Part shown: positions 53,501 through 64,000 of the stretch, one piece after another
Layout of the letters: each line of letters starts with the position of its first letter
Numbering within the stretch: position 1 is the first letter of the stretch
Source: Balanoglossus misakiensis
Taxonomy: Eukaryota; Animalia; Hemichordata
Assembly: GCA_040954595.2 (NCBI GenBank)
Contig: CM082589.2
Coordinates: forward strand, 5,329,186 to 5,393,185
Direction of reading: 5' to 3'
Length of the DNA stretch: 64,000 nt
Notes under the pieces: model-generated
What the model was told of the DNA's origin: nothing
What the model saw: the letters and a program-made list of their open reading frames with translations, nothing else
Database searches by the model: none
Translations under genes and position numbers: made by a program

Positions 53501-55451
53501 AAAAAGTAGTAAGACTTACGGATATTCTTGGATTTAACGCTGATTTTCTGTGATGCGTCTAGTAAATGAGCAATACTTTTCGAAAACTCGTCAACTACTC
53601 GAACCACGACAGACTGCCCGTGGTATTCCTGAAAGATATAATATTAGCTAATTTATTCATTCACGTTGGGTTTAGTTTGAAAACAGAAAAGCAAAATCGA
53701 AGTTTGAGATTCATTTGCAGTCACGTCGTAATTACAAAGGGTGGAAAATTCGGGTTCGGTGATAGGAAACAGTATCTTCCATACAACAACAGTTCACATG
53801 TACCGAATATAGGAATTTTATGATTCAAGTATTGTTAGAAACGTTGAAATTTTGGCTAGCCCAGAACGGTCTTGTCATGCATGCAGTAGTATTCACATGA
53901 CGAACTACCTACATCTTTCAGTTGGTTCCACTGTGTTTTGTACCTGGCGTCTACCAATCCGTTTGCTGTGCGTACGAATGCCTATCATAGGAGCAATAAT
54001 TATGATAACAACACATCCTTATTGTCATTATTTTGAATGATATTTTATTAAATATTTTCCATGAACAAGAGAACGGGAGAAACTGTTACCGTTCAAGTAT
54101 TAGAATAAAAAAAATTAAACCCACACGCGCACTTCGGATAAAACTTTTATTTATATCATTAACTTCTACAGCTTTAAAATTATGAATATTTAACGTTTTG
54201 CGAGAACTGTTTAAAAATATGAGAGAAGACAGAGTTCACACGAATATTACGATCTGACATTTATGTGATTGTCAGAGAAAAAAACTTTCATTACTTGGTG
54301 AATAATGTTAAATGAGCAAATAAATTAAAATCGATAAGCGGCGCTCTCAAACAAACATCGTCACAAACTGTCAATCAAAAATATCTGACGTCGAGCCAAT
54401 ATTATTTGTGTACTTACTCGAACCATACCTGGCAGATCGAAGCCAATCATTACGAAGTCGTTCCTATCCAGGTCAACAAAGGTTGTCGTGGCAACATCAT
54501 TCAAAAACATAGTTGTGCGGATAATTTCCCCGGTGTTTAGAGACGCGTTGCCGTGCCCGATCAAGTCGGCCAAGAGGGCCGTCGTGCGTTTGGCGTCGTC
54601 AACTTTGACTCTGGTCTGAAACGCGCTTGTTCGGTTGTGGCTATACTCTTCGAAATAGATCTTCGTGAGAGCCTGCAGAATTGAAATGGTTAGATCAGTT
54701 TGGAAGAACTTTTTGTCGGTGATCATATAATTCAGTGTTTACCCCTATAATTGTTTCCACATAGTGTAATATTTATATCAGACAATTATTGTATTTGGAA
54801 TGTGTAATTTTCGACTAAACAAATTCACTGCAACAAAATTTTCAATCCAGTCAGTATAATACTGATTGATTTTTCCTGCTACATCAACACGTGTAAAAGC
54901 ATAAACAAATAATCTTAAAAAAAAGTAATGTTAGTTAATGTATTAGCAAATAAAGGTGTAATGTTTAAATGATTAGGGAAACTGCAAAAATATTTGTTTT
55001 TCTTATATTCCTATAGATCCACTTAATGTGATTAATGGACAGCATGCGCACTGAGCTACGACGCTCAACGTGTTAATGGCACATGGCTAGGGGTCAAAAT
55101 CCACTTGACTTTTAAGAATAAAAATGTTTTATAGAAACATAATTTCACAATGTCTCACCTCAATAGGTATGTTGGAATAACTTCTCAGCAAATTTTGAAT
55201 AGTTAATCGAAATTTCTCGGAATACCGTGACATGAGGAGCTCCCTTGGCGTTTGAAGTCTGGTGTCATTTTTCAAGTCGCCGTCATCACCGATAACGAAA
55301 CCCCCAGGAAGGGTGATGACGTCAGGAGGGGCAGGTTCTGTCGTGGTTGTCTTGACAACGCTGGTTGTCTTGGGCAGCGTTGTTGCCTGTGGTGACTCTG
55401 TGGCCGTTGTCGTTGGCAACGTGGTGGTTGGCCTTTCCGTGGTCGGAGGCG
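47520..55451 (-). CDS. Adhesion G protein-coupled receptor (Thr-rich stalk, GAIN/GPS, 7TM; ADGRD/L/B-like), at least 770 aa, start exon unresolved
   Basis: Exons, minus strand: 55451-55159, 54672-54418, 53981-53913, 53628-53520, 53414-53268, 53080-52972, 52748-52628, 52472-52423 (CAFWDY), 52171-52045 (GAWNNVGC..ECFCNHTTNFAVLLQ = GPS/Stachel), 51841-51738 (TM1), 51544-51427 (TM2), 51233-51074 (HFSLLATVFWMFAEC..YFLIGWG), 50873-50807, 49786-49720 (CWLDAENGLIWAFAGPA), 49376-49279, 48966-48846 (PLLGICW..GLQ), 48592-48551 (GLVTF..NPE), 48270-48156, 48020-47962, 47609-47520 (stop). Phases are consistent throughout. Confidence 0.92.
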
Positions 55452-56280
55452 CTGCTCCGCGCCAAACAAACATAAATGAACAAGCACAAACAAACAAAAA
55501 CAAACAAATGAGCCCCAAAAGAAAGCATTGTGGTTTAAAAATCTACACGGAAAGAAAACGTAAGAATTATTTTCTTAAATGTAACAAATATTATAGTACA
55601 ACAGAGTAAATTTACCTGCATTTTAAGAACGCGGGGATCATTGGTCTGGCTGTTTCTCTCACACACATTTCTCTCAATGGTCCGTATTGTCCTCAGAAAT
55701 ATGCCCAAAGTGATGCGACAAAATCAAACTTACCTTTTTACTGCATTCGACCTTCAAATATTTGCAATCTACTAGTATATTGGTATTTTGAAGTTCTAGC
55801 AAAATCTCTGATAAAAAGATTCAATTCATAACATACACAATGAATAAGACACAATTAATTAAACCGTGTACATAACATAAGAAACTGGTTGCTATGTTGT
55901 TCGGGGATATAGAGAATAAAAAAACACCCAAAATGCCATCAATAATATAATAGCGCAAAACCGTGAGTTCTTAGAATGCATTATGGTGGCACGAGTAATG
56001 AACTGAATTAACCTGTACGTGAAGGGAAAAAACGACAAAAACAAAAATTGTGATTCGACAAGTGCAGGCCTGCCATCAGCCCATCCACGTTCTTCCTTGA
56101 CAACAACATCGGTGTATCAGCTGGATATAATCTTTGGGCTATTGGAAGTCTTCTGTACCGTCTGAAATAAAAAACATCAAAGAGGTCTCAAACGTGACAT
56201 TAATGAAAACGATGCAGAACAAGTTATTCCACAATCGCCCTGTTATAGACGTCTCACTTTTCAATTAAATACGAAAGCCA

Positions 56281-56284
<4 letters not shown>

Positions 56285-56335
<51 letters not shown>
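56285..56335. repeat. Compound (CT)n(CA)n microsatellite in the aGPCR/TMEM214 intergenic region
   Basis: Direct inspection. Confidence 0.9.
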
Positions 56336-56589
56336 AATCAAAAAGGCACTCATGCAGCTGTCGATTTCCCCCAACTTTTCATCATGGATTGTTCGATTTA
56401 AACCGGGGGAAGTTGTTGAGTCTAGAGATGAGGTCGGGTCACTTTCTTTCGGGCCACCCTCCCCACAAACGAATAAAAAAATCGCTTTCTAGAAAGAAAC
56501 AACAACTATGGGGCCCCTCCCCCACTACTTAGGTGAAACTTGCGTAGTTAGCTAGAGGGCCCTATCCCGTAATGCATCACTCTTTCAAC

Positions 56590-59500
56590 ATGGCGTCCAA
56601 CGCAACGAAATGGGAAACTGTGTCTCACAAAAAGAAAGCTACGCAAGCAGACAAAAAAGCCGCTCGAAGGGCACTGACGGAAAACAGACCGACCATTGAT
56701 GTTGCAGGTAAGTTAAATATCGTATGCGATCGGAGATCGTGGCTTCGTAGAGATCCTGGGTGATGGGGGTCAAGGAACGAACCATATGTGTACACGTGGA
56801 CAAGTACATGACATAAAGCCTTCAGATCACTGGTTAATATCCGTTGAACGACCTTTCTACACTTCCCGTTTCATTGTGTATCCTTAGTCATAATTCACAG
56901 GAGCGCGGTTCAGGTTTCGATTGCTTCTTGACAGCATGGGTGGTTTCGACCAGGGGTTTCGATTCCTTCGCGAAACCAAACACCTGTTTGCTACCGTTGA
57001 TCCGTAAACAATGTTAATTTCTTGGGGACCTACTAAATCAAATTGAAGCTGCGTTAGTCTAATTTATTCAGCAGATATTGCACGAAATCCGCAAAATAAA
57101 CAAATACCTTCGTAAAAATCATGAAAATGGTCGTAGTTCACCAGCGATCTTCATGGTTGAGTCTCGGACATAACATATGCTATGCTTATGCATATGGTAT
57201 TGCGTAATCTTATAAACACTTTCATCATTCATTTCGGGTCTACCCCCCCCCCCCCCCCGCAAGCTCTACTTCTCTGGTACTATACGGGCTCTAACTATAA
57301 AATTTCCTATTGTTAATGCTAAAATAGGGATCAGTGTTTCATGTTGGTTGTGGGCATTTTATGTATATTGGCATGTCAATGTCCCACATGTAAATATTGA
57401 AGAGGGATTCATCATCTGGACACTTTTACAGCCCTTCTCTGAATAAAATATCTCACTTGAATGTTACTGGTAGTTTTTACATAGGGGCCATGTGTTAACT
57501 GATAGTAATATTAATGTTTGTTAACAAAGCATATTAATATTAATTTCTCGTCTATATATGTTTGATTTCACAGCCCCTTTGCAAGAATCGGCAACAATAT
57601 ATAATTCTGCATTTAAAGAGAAGGAGGAGAATAATATCAAGCCGCAACAACAGCAGCAGCAACAACAACAAGCGAAGAAACAGACCCAGAAGAAAAAACC
57701 TGAAAAGAAAGATGAACAGTTCAAGACGCTTGATGAGGCCCTGAAGGTCTTTGATGTGAACAGCTTGCAAGCTTTGTTCAATGATGTCCAAAACAGGTTC
57801 CCAGATTCACCGCTGGTGAGTACAGATCTACCCTTCGTCCCCTGCTTTTCACAATGGAGGCATCCAGCTCCATTGCAGATTAACAGTGGGTATACCCGAC
57901 AGTGCAGTAGTAGAGGGGGTTGCAGGATGTAACAATCCCTGGGATGATGCTGTTTGATGCAGACCAATGTTCTCTCTGCTTTTCTCCATTGAGTATTGAG
58001 GTTCCAGAAACACTGTCATTCTCCGCAAAACGTGCAGGCTAATAAAGTACCGTTGATGTTTTCTTCCTGTACAGTTATGGTTGAAAGATTTGGTGACTTA
58101 CATGAACTTGAAGTTGAACGTCAAAGATAGCATGGGTGACCCAGTCTTTGGTGAAAAGCCTTTAGGTGAGTTTAGTGATTGTGATAGTTTTCACTTGCCT
58201 GCTATTTTCAAATTATTCACAGTTGCTTGAAAACGAATACATCCAGTGTCGATCGATCAGACGGCCTGGTTATTACATTTTCTGTTGATATTGCGAAAAT
58301 TTCCCGTTTTACAGTATTACTCTGGTTTTCACTTATGCATTTGTACACATCTACCTCAGATTACCCGTACAGTAAAGTGGACAGCTCCTTGAAGAAAATC
58401 ATGATGTCAGCCCTGGACAAATGTTCTGCCAATAACAACACGCTGAATCTCTTCTTCGAGTTTTGTGTCCATGAAATGATCAGCGACAGAAACAAAAGTA
58501 AGTGCACATGGTTGGTTGAGTTTGTCCAAAACTGTTTTCAGTATTTTCGGTGCGTATATAAACTGCATTTTCTAGTACTACCTGTAGTGCAGAATTTGAC
58601 CACTTTTTCAAACTGTTCATTCTTTCAGATTTGTCCAGCTATGGCTACAGAATCTATCTGCAGTGCATTGCATTTGAGAGACCCGAAGTTGTCACTAAGA
58701 ATATTCCGAAGGTAAGATTACAAGAGAGGGAGGGGGGGACCAGAGTTCATTCAAACCGAGATTACTCAAATCAATGGGAATCCACAGAAAAAAGGACAGT
58801 GTCAACTAAAATGTACACCTTTGATCCTACTATATCACATCCTAATTTTGCTATCTGTTACAGTTGTTGGAGCTGATTAAGAAGAAACAGAACGGTCCAG
58901 CCAGTTGTCTGAGTATCATGTGGTCAGTGGGCCAGGCAGGTCATAATAACTTTGCCGCGGGTCTCAGAGGTCAGTATACAAATGACAGCTCTTGGAGTGG
59001 ATCTGTTTTCTTGTGCCTGTTCATCCCTGAGTAACTCTTTATGGTTTGGAATTTGGCATGCATATTTAAACCACCCAGTGGATACATATCTGTAGCCTCA
59101 TTCAACCGGAACTGTGTGAAATGATATCACTCCTGTCTGTTCTCAATTTTGATTGCAGTGTGGATTAAGGTCATGTTTCCACAGCTAACATCCAAAGCCT
59201 TGGCTAACTATGCCTTGACGTATCTGGGAGATCTCTTCAGGTAAGACTTGTGCCTTTTCATGTTACATACATATTCGAATGTTTAACTTCCCATGAGATT
59301 CAAATCATACTGCAGTCAAGTTTCAAATCAGCATCTAGTTGCATTTGGATTCATTCAGTTACTTCGTTTCATGTTTTTTTCATAAATTTATTTCTCGTTT
59401 GCACTTGCAGCCAACACAAAGACCGATCTCCTGGATATGAAGTGATGGGACCCAATGAATTCTTTCCGATCATGGATTTCATCTTCACGCCCAACAATGG

Positions 59501-62500
59501 CCTTGCTGGAAGGTGAGTGCTACGTTTTGTCTGCGTGTGTGTCACTACCCACTGAAATGGACGAAATGTTTCTCTAGAATCGCGTACACGGAAGCCAGAT
59601 TGATTGTAGGTGAATCAGTATTGAGCTGATTTAAAGAAAATTCTGTGAAATACCCTGCATGATTGCTTGTTCATAGTTTAGTGTTGCCGTGAAAGGATAC
59701 AGATATATGGCATGACTACTGTAATCTATGGCGATGCCTTCCGAGGCACTGCACGCTGTCCGAGTTTTCTGATAGTCTATTTTAGTTCGCTAATCGTATA
59801 AAATCTGTTTCTCTGCATGCTATGTTATGTCTTGGCTGGGTCGACAATTTGCAGTCAGCTGCTTGGGTAATTATTTGTGCTCACTGTGTGTATGAATGTA
59901 TGTGTGTGTGTGTGTACGTACATATGTACTTGTATATGAGTCACCCCTCCTAACAAGTTGTGTGTGGTACATTCTGGGTTAGTTCATGCGTCTGGGTTTC
60001 GCTAACACTTCACTACAGGGGTGTGTTGGGATAAGGTTGCTCTGTCTCTTGCCGTAGTTGATGATGCGTAGATTTTCTGATAATATACGTAACTGACATC
60101 GTGCTTAACATTAATATCTTTCTATCCAACTACAGATAAACATGCGGTAACATGTAGTTTTCAAAATAAAACTATTAGCTGTGGAATGAATGTTCGTCCA
60201 GTGTCTCATACTTAATTGAATGTACTCAAAACCTTCCAGCTTAGGATTTGTTGTAATATTAATGTATTTTTTGTGTTTTGTAGCCTGCAGAAGAAACTAT
60301 TGGGTTTCTATCCTAAGCTGAAGGTAAGACTGTTATTTGATGAAGTCAAACAAACATATCAAAATTGTTTCTTTGGGCCATTAGGTTGTCTTGAAACCAA
60401 AAGATGAAATCAAAAACGTGCAGATATGGGTCAAAGGTCAGCTAAGCCAACCCAGTATTATAAGTTCTGTATTGACTCAAAATTCTTCTTGATTTCAGGC
60501 ACTGGCATTTGGTGAGAACCCCGCCACTAACCTACGGAACTATTTCCCTTCACTGCTGGCCAGGACTACGATCAGCTGTCCACCCTCGCTAAAAACTGAG
60601 GTATGATACATGTATATCTTTATGTGTGTGTGTCCATTATTGGTGTAGACAGTGCCATTGGCAATATAGTGTGTGACGAGGGGTATACGTCATGGCGTCT
60701 ACTCTAAGTCTTTCCTTCAGTAACCACATTTGTGTTCCTTTTTCTCTCTGCCGCAGTTGCTGTCATGCCTGACGCTGTGTCTGTCGTCCGACCACCACTG
60801 TTTCAGTGAGTGGTGTCAGATGTACACGACACACATGGAGCAGTCCAGTGTCCTCATGAATCACTTGTTGTTTGTGTGGGACCAGGCATCCAAGAAGGTA
60901 CAGTGGAATTTCCATCGCTTGAATCAAAACGTTAGAACATAAATCCTTTCTGAATAAAGGGAGAATTCTGCTGCGTAGTGCGTAAATATGTACCCCGAAG
61001 TTGCAAGTCTGTAATGAAGAGTTGAACCTTTCCATGTACAGTAAAATCTGTCTGAACTTAACACCAAAGAGACTGAAGAAATTGTTCAGATTACAGAGGT
61101 GTCCGGTTTATAGGTACTTTTGACATGGTTTGGTCTAGACAGGTTTCCAGTATTGGATGGGGTTTGGTTTTAGACTGGTTGTACTGTACAAACAAGTGAT
61201 TTTTTTTTTCTGTGTTTTGCAGATTCCTAAGAAGCCACTGAGAGACACTATCCGAGCGTTTAGCGTGACCAATGAAGAACTGTCTGCCAAACCTGGTCAT
61301 CACGACCACATCAATGCGTGTAGAGTGGCTTGCAAGGTACGAAGGAATTATTTGATTGCATGATTGTGTACAGGAACTATTGGCCCAAGTGGGCTGAATG
61401 TCATTTCAAATAATCATACATTCGTCGAGTACATGCATCTAGAGGTGAGCCTTGTTTTTAAACAATTCTGAATTCTTCTGTGTCTCCAGGAGTTGATCGC
61501 GAAGATGACCGGCACTACGTTTCCGTGGAGAACGCTGGTGTTCCTGCTGATGACCGGAATGATCGCCCTGGTGACCATTGACATGTACCGGCACCGGGGT
61601 TATTCCGGTTCCAAGACTGCGCTCGTGTTGGAAAACAGTGGAGTTGAGTCGGCATCAATACAAGCATGGAATAAAATTACTGTGTATGCGGGAAGAACAA
61701 AAAAGTAAGTTGTGCGAGACCAAAATTTTCTGGCCTTTAAATGGTAGCTACAGTATCTTTAGTGTTAGTTTTCAACATGAGCATATATGGCATGTTTTCT
61801 GTATTAAATTCATAGGATCACAGCTACTTTGTTTTGTAATAGATCCAATTATCCCTTAATGTATTCTGAAAGATGAAATGATTATAAATTTTTTCCATTA
61901 TTGACCACATGCAGATAGAATCTTTCGATGCAAGTGTTTACTAGTGACATGGATTTGATAAATGTATACTGAAATTTAGATTATCTTTAAAATTTTATTT
62001 CTGTCTTGCAGTTGGACACAAGAGAATGTTCCCTTCTATTACGCCAAAGCCTGTGATTTCAGTGAGCCGTATATTCAGTTGCTCTGGGAAAAACTGTATC
62101 AGCTGGGCGTTTACATAACGGAGGTGACGGAACCGCAGAGGAAATGGCTGAACCAGAAAGTGCCACTTCTGTTAGAATGGGTAAGTCTTGGTTTTGGCCA
62201 TTGAATGTAACTATATTCATGGGGGGTCTGACCACTGCATTGTTGAATGGAAGTGTTCTACCCGGAATTTTTTGATAGAATGGTGGCTATCTGGGGAGAA
62301 CACTTATGGTGCTGCGAATGAAAGCAATAACCTTATACAACACGAATTAATGATCTACAGAGCTTTTGAGTGGTTTTGAATTTTTGACTTGGAAGATAGA
62401 AATATTTGCTTTCTTCTTAAATTTTCATGTGATCTAAACAAAATTGATACACTCTCTCGTTTCAGATTCAAGATCGGTTACCCGCGGTGACAGATACAAT

Positions 62501-62997
62501 AAAACACTACGTGATAGTTGTGTGGTCGGGGACATACCACTATAGTATGGTGATATGGGATACATTATCCCCTTATATTTTCGCAACCGGCACTTGGCTG
62601 CAAGAAAACATCTTTACGTGAGTATCTAACACTTTGTTAAATATCCATTAATTTCCAAAACACAAAAACCCTCCAGTCTAGCATTTACATCCTTCGAAAA
62701 TATCAATGTAGAATTCAAGATTATTTGAAAACCCAAAAACCCAAAACTGATTTTAATATTCCTGAAGAAGACATCACACAAGTAAATAAATTAAAGTGCT
62801 CAGATAGTGAGAAAAAAAACCTATGTTGAGTTATCTGATTTTTATACATGTTTTTTTTTTTGTATCTTTTCAGGGGGAAACTGTCCCAGGAGTCTATCTC
62901 ACACGGCCTGCACAGCACGTGGAATTTGGTGCAAAACTACACTGTGGCGTTTACCCATTGGTGTTCACAGGCCATGAACAGAGAATACGCCCAGTAG
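56590..62997 (+). CDS. TMEM214: Transmembrane protein 214, about 672 aa, 16 exons
   Basis: Exons 56590-56707 (MASNATKWETV..), 57574-57815, 58075-58165 (LWLKDLVTYMNLKL), 58360-58497 (DYPYS), 58629-58711 (GYRIYLQ), 58864-58969 (CLSIMWSVGQAG), 59159-59240, 59411-59512, 60284-60323 (YPKLK), 60499-60600 (YFPSLL), 60757-60897, 61223-61336 (TNEEL), 61490-61704 (FPW + TM), 62012-62180, 62466-62617, 62874-62997. All phases join, and the motifs match TMEM214 as I recall it. Confidence 0.93.
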
Positions 62998-63067
62998 ACT
63001 GTTTTACAGAATACAGTTCCTAAATATATTTATTGAACGTCAGTAATATAAAAAGAAAAAATAGTAA

Positions 63068-63073
63068 AATAAA
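63068..63073 (+). terminator. Candidate polyadenylation signal for TMEM214
   Basis: AATAAA, repeated within an A-rich tract, about 70 nt after the stop codon. Confidence 0.5.
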
Positions 63074-64000
63074 AAAATAAATAAAAAGTTATTAAATTAT
63101 GAAATTGTTACACTGCATTTTATGTAGCGTCCGTGATCATGTGTACTTTTATGAACTTTATCTATTGTATGACCAGCTGTTGTGACGAGATTGGAGTAAG
63201 GTTTTCAGAAGAGTCTGATTCAGAGACAAACTTGAGTTTCAAAGACTTAGGAAACAGTTTGATTCTGGCTATAACAGACTTTAAAGAAGTACTGAGAAAA
63301 CAAGAAGTATCACAGATTGTATTTTTACTTACTGATAATTTCAAATGAGGAAATGAATCATGGCAAAGATCAGTCTGGTATGATCATGAATTGTAATCAC
63401 ACCGCGATGTTATTTGGTTGACAGCTTTTCAGATTTCATAATTGTGCGTCACAAATTTAGATTTCTCTGATGTACTCAAGTTGTGTACGTGTACCTTAGC
63501 CTTCTTTGCGAGTCCCCGCAACTCTTGTGTCACCACTCAATCATGATATAAATCCTTTTGTGTTCAGGGATATCTGCACAAGAAGGGGGAGAGGCCAGTG
63601 AGTTTTATCACCCGTACCCCGCAGTGCTTGCATTACAGCTGTGATCATGATCGTTTTTTTCCCATTTTTTCCGGAACATGCCACTTGGCAGCTCCCAGTT
63701 TATCGGCAATTTTCTGTGCAGTCATTGATGGAACCTGAAATAATGCATTAAGTTCTCATCCTGTCAATGTTGTACTTCCTGTATTTTTTTTTCGGTAAGT
63801 TTTTGTGCCGTGCAATACAATGTTTTCCTTCTGTTGCTTTGGGACTGATTTGTTGAATATATTTCAAATCGGCCGTCACTTTCTGGCAATCTGCCACTTT
63901 ACTTCATGGATGTTGTGGCTACTTTCTGTTCAATAAATATAACTTTTTTTCCATGAATACAAAATGCGTGTGGTTCCTTATTGTTTTATAGTCAGAACCA

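Noticed and set aside
55322-55528. Signal-peptide-like N-termini in ORFs 55129-55518 and 55322-55528
   Set aside because: The hydrophobic stretch is the TTTG-rich polypyrimidine tract of an acceptor. One ORF starts at TTG and the other is out of frame with the receptor.
55616-55796. Exon-like pieces with donors at 55615 and 55733 as aGPCR coding exons
   Set aside because: They cannot be joined in frame to the phase-1 acceptor at 55451 without stops or an implausibly short intron.
63162-63344. DTSCFLSTSL as a Polinton DNA polymerase B exonuclease motif
   Set aside because: Only a few residues resemble it and no other polymerase motifs are nearby.

Overview
Eukaryotic (animal) genomic DNA, AT-rich, with GT-AG introns. 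Most entries in the ORF track are intron read-throughs or antisense shadows of exons. I could splice four genes by hand with consistent reading-frame phases. (1) The last three exons of a FACIT-like collagen (+, 130-1076) ending GPPGYCEYC...NVKG*. (2) A complete protein 4.1 / EPB41 / coracle-family gene (-, CDS 32507-5795, about 21 coding exons). It has FERM, FA and CTD domains, a run of eight symmetric phase-0 cassette-like exons where vertebrates carry the SAB region, an intron in the 3' UTR, and candidate non-coding first exons near 44.5 and 45.9 kb. (3) An adhesion GPCR (-, about 55451-47520, 20 exons) with a Thr-rich stalk, GAIN/GPS and 7TM; its 5' end is unresolved. (4) TMEM214 (+, 56590-62997, 16 exons), head-to-head with the aGPCR. 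Introns carry TTAA-flanked piggyBac-like and Kolobok-like MITEs, a TA-flanked pogo/Tigger-like MITE and microsatellites. The gene content suggests an invertebrate bilaterian, possibly a deuterostome; this is inference only. I see no convincing wholly new system. The most interesting items are the protein 4.1 cassette-exon array with Rbfox/QKI motifs, the CxxC FACIT-like collagen end and the minimal, motif-deviant aGPCR.
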